From: Seison nebaliae
Taxonomy: Eukaryota
DNA length: 64,000 nt
Assembly: GCA_023231475.1 (NCBI GenBank)
Contig: JALJEE010001175.1
Location: 1 to 64,000 of the forward strand
Direction: 5' to 3'
Shown here in pieces: positions 52,521-64,000 of the stretch. The first letter of the stretch is position 1, and the number at the start of each line of letters is the position of its first letter. The notes under the pieces are model-generated. The model worked only from the letters and a program-made list of their open reading frames with translations. It did not search any database and was not told the DNA's origin. Position numbers and translations under genes: made by a program.

Positions 52521-54110
52521 ATGACAAATATTTCAGAATTCGATGATCTCGATGTTGAATTGAAGAAACAATTAGACGAGAAAACTTATAAAATCTACGA
52601 ATCTATCAATTATGGTACATCATTTAAGTTTCATTAATTCTCCATAATTCTCATTCATATACTTATTATATGATTCATAATTTTAAAGGGAACAAACGAT
52701 TAATAAAGAGATTGAAGAGAAATGTAAAAATTTAGGAGTTGAAGTTAAATCGTTTGACTGTGATAGTTCTAGTGTGGAACAGTTGCGGAAAGAGAGAAGA
52801 GTAAAAATTGCAGCTATTCAATTCAATTATCCTTCATCAACTTCCGAATCGATAAAAATTCAAGTTTTAATTCTCATAAATTATCCTTGTTCCATTGTGT
52901 CTTTCTATTAAAATATTTCAGAAAGAAAAAGTTTATCAAAGAGCAAAAGAAATTTTGGAAGTTGCTCATCAATTGGAAGTTAATTTGGTTTGTTTACAGG
53001 AAACATGGAGTTAATATATTTGAGTAAATATCAATTTATTTCATGACGAATAGCTATGCCATTTGCCTTTTGTACTAGAGAAAAGGAACCTTGGTGTGAA
53101 TTCGCTGAAAGTGCCGAAACGGGAGAAACTACTCGATTTTTAACAAAAGTTCTTAAATTTTTTATCATGCTTTTTAATTAAAAATTTTATCTGTCTAGTT
53201 AGCTAAAGAATATCATATGGTCATCATCTCACCCATTCTTGAACGAGATACTACTCTTTTAGATACTATATGGAATACAGCTGGTTTCAAATAATCGATA
53301 TACTCTTATTATAAATTCCTCTTAGTTGTCATTGATTGGAATGGATTCGTTGGAAAGAGTCGTAAAAACCATATTCCTCGCGTAGGCGATTTTAATGAAG
53401 TTAAATTTTTTCATTTTTAATATAAATTCAATTAGAATTGCAGTCCACTTATTATATGGAAAGTACGTTAGGTCATCCAGTCTTTCAAACAGCTTATGGT
53501 TAACCAGAAATAAGAAAAGAAATTTGAAATTAACATGTTCGTTTTTGAAGGAAAGATAGGAATAAATATATGTTATGGGAGACATCATCCATTGAATTGG
53601 ATGACTTATGCAATGAATGGAGCAGAAATCATCTTCAATCCCAGTGCTACTGTTGGTTCGTTGAGGTTTCGTTTCTCTTCAAATATATTTATTCACTAAT
53701 AATGTTTAGCGAGCCTTTATGGAGTATAGAAGCAAGAAATGCAGCAATAGCAAACAGTGTTTATACAGTGGCTATTAATCGAGTGGGGACAGTTTGAAGA
53801 AATTTTAAAATGCTTATAATTATTGAGTTTATGTTTTAAGGAAACGTTTCCCAATGCATTCACATCAGGTAATGGAAAAGAAGCTCATAAAGATTTTGGA
53901 CATTTTTACGGATCTTCTTATATTGCTGGTCCGGATGGATCGAGAACGAAATCATTATCGAGAATTAGAGATGGAATTGTCGTGAGTACTATCGACTTGA
54001 ATTTGTGTCGACAAGTTCGAGATAAATGGACATTTCCCATGACTGGTCGTCATGAGATGTATGGAGAAATTTTAACAAATTTTACTAATCCATCAAAATC
54101 TACAAAATAA
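52521..54110 (+). CDS. UPB1: Beta-ureidopropionase; 10 exons
   Basis: [72 protein letters not shown]; nitrilase E-K-C triad intact. Confidence 0.95.
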
Positions 54111-54575
54111 TTTTGTATTTGAACAAACTCTTTATTTTAGGTGTTTTAGTATTCTCAGATAATTTAGGATAGAAATTTCAATGCAATTAAATATTTATCA
54201 TAATATTAAGTTTCTCTTCTTTATTGAATAAAAATTGAAAAAAAAATTGTATCAACATTAACATTTTCATAATTCACATTTTATATTTATTTATCAATCA
54301 ATAATGGTAGTATGAGTATTGGATATTGTTTCTTGGAAAATTTATATATAAAAATAATTCTTTCTTTTTTTATTATTAATCGAAGGTCATTCAATTCTGT
54401 GGAGGATTGAGAAAGATGATATTTTCATTTACTTTCAAAGTTACCTTAGTTACATTATCGTAGAACAAACAGTATAAGAAATAATTTCTTGCAATTTCTT
54501 TTTTTTCTGATTTCTATTATTCCAGTTAGAGAAAGTTTTCTTTTAAAAGGAATTTTAAAATATTTAGTTGGTGGC

Positions 54576-56104
54576 ATGTCGAAAGAGAATGGATATAAAG
54601 TTGATATCAGAATTGAAATAAGAACCGCCGAAGAGAAGGAAAGTAACACCACAGCTAAACCATTCATTATTTTGGAAGACGACGATAATCATATAATTTT
54701 ACCACGTACTGATCTCCCAGTGAAAGACAAAGCGTTTGCAGTGAATTCGGCTGACGAATTCGATTTTAAGACGGAAAGTTCTGATTGGAAAGTTCTATAT
54801 TTTTTTTATTAAACAAATGTTTAATGATTATTATCAGTTAAAAAAATTGACGTTGGGACATAATAATAAAGGAAGATCACCAGATTGGAAAGTTGATTAT
54901 GTTAAAGTGTGGTATGATGAGAAAGATCCTGTTCTCTTTGAATTCGATTGTTGGATAGGTTCAAAGAAAGGTGATAGTTTGATGGTGACAAAAGATGCTA
55001 AGATAGAAGAGAAAGCGGAAAAGAAAGTCATCGGTTAGATCATTGGAAACCTAAATTCTTCTCAATATTCTTCCATGTTAGAGGAGAACAAATGTCGAAT
55101 CAAAGTTGTAATGGACGCCATAGCAACGGAGAAGATTCAAACACCGACAATGATATTGGACATCGAAGGTACGAACGGGAAAATTCAATCTCATCCTCTT
55201 CAATTAGAATGTTCTGATAAATTATTTTCAAAATCAGAAGAAGAGACATTTGTGATATATCCGTCGCCATGTGGTCGATGGAGTAAAGTGACATTACGTT
55301 ACGATTATAAAGCGATTGTAGGTGGATGGAGTGTAGATTATATTGAAATTGAACGACCACACGAGGACGTACAAAAGTTTAATAACAATTTTTCTCAATT
55401 GCGATATTAACATTATCCCACTACACTTTCTCTATTATGTTACGGGAAAATGAAATTTAAAGAATGCCAAATCGACATAAATATTTATCGTACCAAGCTC
55501 CGAATTATGATTTCTGCCACTTCAAATATTCGACATGCTTCGAGCTTCAGCTAGTAAAAAAAATGAAATCGAATGAAGCTGAACTAAATCGATTAAAGAA
55601 AGAGATGAAAGCAGAAAAGAAAAAGATAAAGAAACCTTATCGGTTAACATCTCTTTTATTTTCTATGGAAAATTTTCGTGATTTTCTTTCCAACAGAAAA
55701 GAATTTACTCCTCAAATCGCCTCAATATCGTCTCCTTATCTAACGACTGCAATGTCTGAAAATTTAATAATGAAAGTTTCATTTTATTGTTAAACTTCAT
55801 TTGAATATTAACTTTTGAATAGGAGGATGATATTCGAGGATATCGAAAACGACATACGACATTGAAAATGTTGGATCCAAAAGATGCTCTAATGTCGGAA
55901 ATTGATCCGGATTATGGTGTTTATTCGGATTTACCTGAATATAAACGGATTTTAGAAAAAAAAGAAAGACAAAAGGTAAAACAAGTTAGAAACATTCAGT
56001 TTGTCTAGAGAATATTAAACATTACTCTAAAGGAAAAATTAAAGAAACAGACAGAAACTACAACGATCGATAACAATAATAATAAAGAAATAATAAAATC
56101 TTGA
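54576..56104 (+). CDS. Protein with two PLAT/LH2 domains and a charged C-terminus; multi-exon, junction near 55377-55462 uncertain
   Basis: LKKLTLGHNNKGRSPDWKVDYVKV..FEFDCW and a second VTLRYD..GWSVDYIEI repeat. Confidence 0.65.
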
Positions 56105-56499
56105 TTGATTGTTTCATGAAAAATTTATCGGGAAAATTTTAATTTTTTAATAAAAACTAATAATTTTTATAGAAAAACATGTTATTCTTTTTCTTCTCAT
56201 ATCAAAATCCAAGTGTTAATATTGGTGATTTTTAGACATCAATGTCTACTTTTAAAATTGTCAAATTATTTCGGTTGAAAATATTCTTGTGAAATTAGTT
56301 AATGAACCTGGAAATTGTACATAAAAATAAAATAAAATTAAGTAAGAAAATCGTAAGGAATCCGAAAGAAAGGGGAAGAGCATTATTTTTCCAATTTTTT
56401 ACCAATTTCCATAAATTTCCATTTGATTTTAAATGAAAGAAGAATTCTGAGAGTCGGCGAAAGAAATTAGAATTATTTAAATGTTTTCACCTTTTTTGC

Positions 56500-58090
56500 C
56501 TACACTTCCACATTATCCTACGGAATTAAATCATTTCTATATTATTTGTTTAGATCGATCAGAAATGGAGATTGTTGGGAATGCATCTTCGATAAATCAA
56601 TATTCCGCTTCTTTCGCATACGTCATTAAGTAGTTCCATATCCTCCATCTCCACACTTAAAGACTATAGAAAGGGTAATGGAAGACCATGTTGGGAGAAA
56701 GTGTGCTAAGCGACAGATTGAATTCAAATGAAAATTTGTTTTTTCCTTTCCGTTATAATCAGATATCCGTTTTAGTTCGTTCTAAATCCCGAGTTCCATT
56801 GAATATTGTCGTAAGAAAATATTTTATTTTAACTGAAATAAAAGTTTAATTTCATTCTCTCACTACAAATAACCTTACGCAATAATTTAACATTGAATAA
56901 TCCTCCAATTTATTCATATCATATTCATTAAGTCTATCGATGGCATGCGTATGTGATGTCATGGAGCAATCATATTTTATCATCATGACACCTTATAGTA
57001 TTGTGGGATGTGATGTACACAACTGATATGATAATGTTACCAATAGAAAAGTAGATGACACTGATGATAGGAAAGTCGATGGGAACCACATCTGTTGGCA
57101 GTGTATAATTGATTTATTACAGTGGTACAGTAAGAAATGTGAGTAGAAATTTATTGATGAGTAAACGTAACATCATAACATTTGTCATAATATCGAGAAT
57201 TGTTGAACGACATTGAATTTAAATGAATAGTTTTGAGGTATAACCATTCGAAATCTACCAACATCAATTTCAGAATGAAAATTTCTAAAAATTTACAGTG
57301 GAAATTTTTTTCGCTTTAAAATATTTTCCTTTTCCACTTTGACCCTCGTGAAGTGGATGGACGAAGACACATCATTTCGAAAGTAGATTTATCACTTGAT
57401 TTTGTTTTTAAGGAATGCCTGTCCTAACAAGTAAGCGACGTAACTGTTCCATATGTTCCTTGTAACTTTTAATTAGACCTCACATATAATAATTATGAAT
57501 AATTCTCCACTATGTCCATCAAACACATAGAGGAGAACTGATGATATTCGATTAGTTGTGACGACTAAATTTTCTATTTGCGATATTTTTATGGATAGAC
57601 AGCACTAGTTGAATAGTTGAATAATGGAATTTGTCAAAGAAATGTAAAAACATAATTACCTAGGCGGATTTCTGTAGTTACAGAAAGAGGAATAAGCAAA
57701 TTGGAGAAAAAATTCAATAAGACTAATAGTTTTCGACAGGTCCATATATTTGAAGTGGAACTACTTAGGCTTGAATGGTGCCCTTAATTATTTTGTTATT
57801 AGAATCATGGGAACGTTGATGGAGAAAAAATGAGAAAACAAGTTTGGCCTCAATTGAATTATTTCATTTAAATCCTGGAAATACATCAATATTCTGATAT
57901 TATAAGCATCATCCTCTTTCCATTTTTGTTCTTCATAAAAATATTTTTGATGTTTATTGAGATTTATCGATTTTCTTTTATTGTTTATTATATATTTCTG
58001 TATAATTATTAATCGTACGATTTTCCCCAATAATCTCCAAATGATGTTGATGGTATCAATATGTTATTGTGAGTCTTCGATTTCCTTCCA
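56500..58090 (-). other. Possible lineage-specific multi-exon gene; structure only partly resolvable
   Basis: Several short exons can be joined by 44-59 nt GT..AG introns, but there is no clear start, stop or homology. Confidence 0.25.
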
Positions 58091-58487
58091 ATTCACAATT
58101 TTAAGGTTTTCATTCTTTACTTTCAGATTGAAACTAATCCTTCAATCCTTCTCCTCATCATTTAGGAATGGGATTACCTGACATTCACTATAGTAAAATT
58201 TCAATTAAAAAATATGCTTTGCATTCTCCCAAATCTCTTTTTGTTTTTATAAGTTTTAGTAAAAATAATGACGATTAGTATGAGATAGAAAAGAATTAAT
58301 AAATCTTCCAAGTTAAATAAAGAAATATTTTTGTCGTTTTAATATAATTAGTTTAAATTTTTCGTTCGATTTCACAATAGATGTGTCTAACAGTTTGAGG
58401 AAGGAATCAGTTAAAATAAAGAAAATTAAGTTGAACGATTAAACTAATTGTACGAGATGATGTTGGTGAGCGATTGAGAAAAGATAA

Positions 58488-60628
58488 ATGGAACAATTTG
58501 AACATCGCCATTCGACCAATAACAAAACTCTAATGGATATAAAGAAGACATATAATTTATCAAAAAATAGACATGACGATCATTCATCACCATTGACTGT
58601 GACACGTATTATGTCAAAAAAGGAGTCAATGATTCGTAACAATCCTAATATGTATAATAAGGAGAACTGCCGACACTTACGTATCACATCTAATGGAAAT
58701 AATGGGAAAGTAACGAAATTTGATGAATTATCATCACCTGGGAAGCATGAGAAATTAATGAGAATAGATAATGGGAATGATAATCGTAAGAAAAGTCAAA
58801 TTAAACATCGAATTCCCAAACGCCTAACAACATTCAATTTACCGTTAACACAAAACTTTCATAATCTCTCAACAAAATCCCACATAATGGATGAGAATGA
58901 ACCAAAAACATTGAATTCAATAACAAATAGTGTCGATACGTTGACGGATGTGAGGAGACTTCGTAACAATGAGAAGAGTTTCTTAAATCTCCCAAACGAC
59001 GCACTGGCAAATGGAGATATTAGTCGTAAGAAATCAGTTCAATTTCCGATGATAAGAAAAAGTAATGAAAATACATCATTAAGTAACCATCATTCCCGTC
59101 AAAATGATAGTAGATTGAAGCGTGTACAACATTCGTCTCTATTTCCTAAAGGTTAAATTCATTACTTCAAAACATAAAAATTATTCTTTTCTGAACAAAC
59201 AGACGTGTTGAATAAATATTCGAATGAATTGACTCCATTCGAAAAAATCGAAATATTCTCCTATAAAGATATTTTTTATTTTGGAAATAATGCAAAAAAA
59301 CTATCGTCCCATTCAAATGAAATTAATCATCAATTGAAGAAATTTTTATCTTATTTCAAATCTTCAGAGAATGAAGCATTGGATCGGATTGATAAGAAGC
59401 TTTTCGTTGCAATCACAGCAAACATTTACAATGATGAACATGGTAACTACAAGAAAATGTTGAATGATCATATTTCCTACCGATATGAAATCATCGATAC
59501 TTTGGGTAAAGGAAGCTTTGGTCAAGTTTTATTGTGCCAAGATCATAAAACTGGACATCATGTCGCCATAAAACTTATACGTAATAAGAAGAAGTTTTTC
59601 TCCAAATTATTTTTAGGAATTTCACATTTTGTAAATTAAAAAAAAATAGATTTCGCGATCAAGGAGCGATAGAAGTAAAGATTTTAAAACATTTGAAAAA
59701 AATTGATTTAAAATCAAAAGAACGATCAATTAATTGTGTACATATTCAAGATTATTTTTATTTCCGTAATCATTTATGTATTTCATTCGAAGTTCTTGGG
59801 TTCGTTTCATTTGGTTAACAATAAAGACGTAATTTCAATTTCTAGAAAGAATCTATATGAAGTGTTGAAAAGTATTCGATATAAAGGATTTCCATTAAAA
59901 AATATTCGGATAATCGCAAAACAAATACTTCAATGCTTATCTGTTCTAGAAGAAGAAAAAATTATACATTGTGATTTGAAACCTGTTAACATTTTCCTTT
60001 AATTCGTCACACATTTCAAGTTAAATAGGAAAATATCTTGATCGTTGGGAAGAATATTGAACAAGTTAAAGTTATTGATTTTGGTAGTGGTTGTTATGAA
60101 TCCCAACAAAGTTCTATTTTACAATTTCTAATTTAAAGAAGTTTTTGTAGTTTATACTTATATCCAAAGTCGTTTTTATCGAGCACCTGAAATTGTTCTG
60201 GGATTACGATATACTTGCTCGATTGACATGTGGAGTTTTGGATGTATTTTATGTGAACTTCTTAATGGTTCGCCAATATTCCCCGGTGAAAACGAAGCAG
60301 AACTTTTAGCAATGATTATGGAATGTCAAGGTATTCCTCCACAATCCTTACTTGACAAAGGTAAAAGAAGTAGCTTATTTTTCGATGTAGATCTATCACC
60401 ACGGAAACTCGTCAATTCGAAAGGAGTGAAAAGAATACCAGATTCTAAACGTTTAAGTAAATTGTTGAAAACGAAAAATAGAGATTTCATTGATTTCGTG
60501 GACTGCTGTTTACAGTTAGCCATTTTTCTTTTTCAAACGTTAATACATTGGCATTTTCTAGATGGGAAAGGACAAACAGAATTAAGGCCTCTGAAGCATT
60601 TAATCATCCGTGGTTATTAGATATCTAA
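58488..60628 (+). CDS. Class II DYRK kinase (DYRK2/3/4-like); 7 exons
   Basis: [44 protein letters not shown]; six GTT introns splice in frame. Confidence 0.93.
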
Positions 60629-60839
60629 TAATGCTCATATAATATGATTCTTTAATTATTTATTTCAAATTATTTGATTCTATAAAATATGTTGTTAATA
60701 CATTCTTATTGATCGTTGTCTGACTTCGCAAACTATGACCATATTCTATTACTTATATACCATTATATTCTTATTTATTTATTTAAAGAATGAGGAAATC
60801 ATAAAGAAGGAAAAAAAATATAAAATAAATCCGTAAATT

Positions 60840-61350
60840 CGCATACAGGGATAGTTCAAACGCCACTCTCGAGAAGAATCCTTAGAGCGCTAGACTGATT
60901 TGTTTCCATCATGGTCTTCGCAGAATTTAAGGTGGGTACCTGTTCATCACGTAACCGAGACACTGATCAGAACGAGAAGATGAACTCACGAAATTCAGTA
61001 GAGAGAAGTAAGTGGTTTATCGAATGAGTTGTCGTGGAGAAGTAGCAAATACGAGAATGTCGTCAGCGTATGCGAGTGCTACGGGAATTCGCATGTCGTT
61101 AATGTTGTTGTTGTAAAGTTCATTCAATTGGAGAATGACCCAGTCAAGAGTGAGGCCGAAAAGCCAAGGTCCCAGGATGGAACCTTGTGTGACGTCATTG
61201 TTGGCCAGGAAAGGAGTTCCCAGATTATGATCGAATGATACCGACACGGTGGAAAAGAAACATAATTGACGGAGAAAACGCAAAACCATATTCGGTGTGT
61301 TCCTAACTACGGTGGAGGAGAAAGCCGGTATCACATCAATACGAAAGCTT
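60840..61350 (-). mobile_element. Non-LTR retrotransposon reverse transcriptase fragment (degenerate)
   Basis: VTQGSILGPWLF and AYADD motifs. Confidence 0.85.
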
Positions 61351-61679
61351 TCTATGCATCGAGAAAGAACGCTTATGATACGGAAAATTGAAATTGTTAG
61401 ATATAATTATTATATAGAAGTATAATAATAATAAATAATTAAATATAATTTTATAATTAATATAATTGTTAAATTGATAGGGGAATAATATGATACTTAT
61501 CCTAACGAGCATATAACATTATTTGATTGCAAAAATAAGAACTATATGTTTACTACGGTTAATAGAAGTTCCAAAGAAAAATCAATAGTATTATCAATAT
61601 GACATGATTTTATTAGAGAAAGGTTAATGTAATATTATGTTAATTTAATTTAATAAATCATTCTTACTGTTAAATTTAG

Positions 61680-62255
61680 TTAACAGAAACTGGGAACGTC
61701 AAAAACGGATGGATCATCTACTCCAGTTTTGAAATCGGAGAAGATGAAGGTTGAATCGAACTTCATGCCCTTGGTCATTCCTTCAGCACCTTCGAACACT
61801 GGAACACAACTATCGGTTATTCCGACTGTGTATTCTCCTCTTGCACCTTCAAATTCGAAACTTCCGTGCCAGATGTTGACGGAAATGCCTTCGTCTCCAC
61901 CAAGGTTCGAGGTTGCAACTAAGGTTGCATCGTCAGGAACACAACGACGATTTGGTGATTCTGGAACACCTTTCTTACAATATTGTAATTTCTCATTGAA
62001 AGTATATGTCGTATTGGTGTTGTAGTCAACATTGACAAAGAATCCTTCGGCTTTTCCGTGAAGTTCGATCACATTAACATTCTTATCGGCATCTCCATAT
62101 AATTGCATAAATCCTTTTCGTGGTGGCAATGGTTTTTTTCCTTTGATGGCGAACGTTTTCTCATACATCGACATGGTAAATTGTCCAGACATGCAACACC
62201 GTTCATCTGCAAAGGCTACTGCCAAAAAAAGACTGATCAATAAAATAAGTTTCAT
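61680..62255 (-). CDS. Ependymin-related secreted protein (intronless; likely start MKLILL)
   Basis: Signal peptide, CC..F, DYN..Y..C.K, CVPDDA, CVPVFE, FSDFKTGVDDPSVFDVPSFC*. Confidence 0.88.
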   Translation of the reverse strand: MKLILLISLFLAVAFADERCCMSGQFTMSMYEKTFAIKGKKPLPPRKGFMQLYGDADKNVNVIELHGKAEGFFVNVDYNTNTTYTFNEKLQYCKKGVPESPNRRCVPDDATLVATSNLGGDEGISVNIWHGSFEFEGARGEYTVGITDSCVPVFEGAEGMTKGMKFDSTFIFSDFKTGVDDPSVFDVPSFC

Positions 62256-64000
62256 ATTTTGTTCGGAAATTGGTATATTAAATTCATTTGTAGAACTTCG
62301 TCCTTTTATAGAATTCAATATACATATAATCTGTCAAATGATCTGTCAATATTTGAATATCATTGAAACGCGACTTCCATCGATAACGTGTTAACTTAAC
62401 AAGTTAACATCGATAACACAAAATAAAATGAAATTCTCAATATATCATTTTTTCGCAATATTTGATGTTATTGATTTAGCCAAAAATCGAAGTTAGCATT
62501 GAAATCTTTAATATCGAGCTGTAATTAATATTTTCTGGGATCAGTTCCGAAATAGTGAAAATTATTTTACTTTCATCGAAAAATCGATAGAAGTTAATAA
62601 GGAACATAAAGATAAAACCACTTTCCCAAAATGTAAATGAAGTTTAAAATTTTATTATAGAAGTAGACGAACAAATACATGAAAAAATTGAAATATCTAA
62701 TAATTTGACATTTTGGTACTGAAGTATGAGCAGTAATGTAAGTATGTTACTGTTGAATATCTGGTAGTATCTAGGAAACAATAAACTTAAGTAAGGGTAG
62801 AAAAATCTGTTGTAAATCGATGTTGTATATCTAGGTATTGTTGAAGCAGTGATAAATCCAGTAGATCAGATATCAATATGACTAATGAATAAAATTAATA
62901 AAACTAAAGTGTTTGATTGTTGTGATCTGAAGATGTTCCTTTTCAAGAGTATTTATGTTCTCTATTGTCGATCTTTCTCCATTTCCGATTTAATTGGCTA
63001 GGCGGTATCTTTCTCTATTAGAGAAGATTGTTGCTTGGAATTTACCGACTCCATATCTAAAAACATAAGTTTTTTTATGATTTTTGCGATTTTTCTATTA
63101 TTTTTGGCTTATGTTAGTTTTACATACAAAAATGGTATACGTATATCACCATTATTCAATTGATTTATAATTTATGAGTTTTGCACCAATTCAGAGACTT
63201 TTGCCATTTGCCTATCAAAATCCTATTAATCAGCATAATTTTTCATATATCCTAATTATTTTAACTTTTAATCTCGTTTCTTGTAATTCGGAAACTTTCC
63301 TTGTGAGATAATTCCAAAAACTGAACAGCGTGATAATATTAGAAGATATCATAACTCACGAGGATAATGGTAGAACATTCTGTTTCAACCGGTGTTGAGT
63401 TCAATGAATCCAAACTGGAAGATTCAAAGAAATATCTAAACTTTTCAACTTAAATTCGAAATTATTCATATGAATAATGAAAACAAAATATCAGGGAATA
63501 AAAAAAATTTGCTCGTTTTTTATCAGTTTTCTTCAAATTCGTTTCTGATCTACATTTGACTACTCTTTATTCGTGCTTGTGAAAAATTTTCCAGGTAATC
63601 CACATAACCACACACCTGTCATGGACCGATGGTTTTCCCAAGGTTTTCCCGCACTTTTTAAAGTATGGTCAGTGTTAGTATGGTCCGAATGAATAATGTT
63701 GGTTGTCCGAATATTATCGCAAAGATAGATAATATGAATCTTTTATTGTTTCTGAAATTTGTTGATTGCATCCTATTCCATATCAGAGATCGTACCTATT
63801 TTCAGTTTTAGGAATAGTTTTTCTCAAAATAGAAATATGTTGGGTGTTAATGATTATTAATATTTTTTAAATTTTCCAGTTTCTAAATATTATGATGGAA
63901 ATCCTTTAGTTGTAACAACAAAGTTGTTTTAAAATAGTTAGATGATATATTCTTTTTTGAATAACCAAAAGTGAATAATGGACTAAATTTAGTTCTAACT

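Noticed and set aside
57490..57540. VFDGHSG as a PP2C phosphatase motif
   Set aside because: No other PP2C motifs (RxxMED, GDSR, DG, DN) could be recovered

Overview
AT-rich, gene-dense animal (metazoan) nuclear DNA; no prokaryotic systems are present. Most short ORFs in the track are exons separated by 43-67 nt GT-AG introns. Hand-spliced genes include a minimal syntaxin-6-like SNARE, BUD31, a TLDc protein, SPAG16, a NOX2-type NADPH oxidase, an AGC-like pseudokinase, APC11 head-to-head with a very large FZR1/Cdh1, calcineurin B, a TEX47-like gene, Gfi1/senseless, PNPT1, UPB1, a PLAT-domain gene, a class II DYRK and an ependymin-related protein. Also present are tRNA-Ile(AAT), four intronless divergent USP-like protease paralogs, and MULE/LINE/MITE remnants. 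The strongest unusual signal is the splicing code: 53 of 57 confidently reconstructed introns begin GTT, with no GTRAG consensus, and several end in AAG. Other points of interest are the USP-like family, a dispersed double-hairpin repeat showing compensatory substitution, and a tandem pair of tail-anchored proteins with KASH-like tails. All gene models were spliced by eye, with no expression data or database searches.
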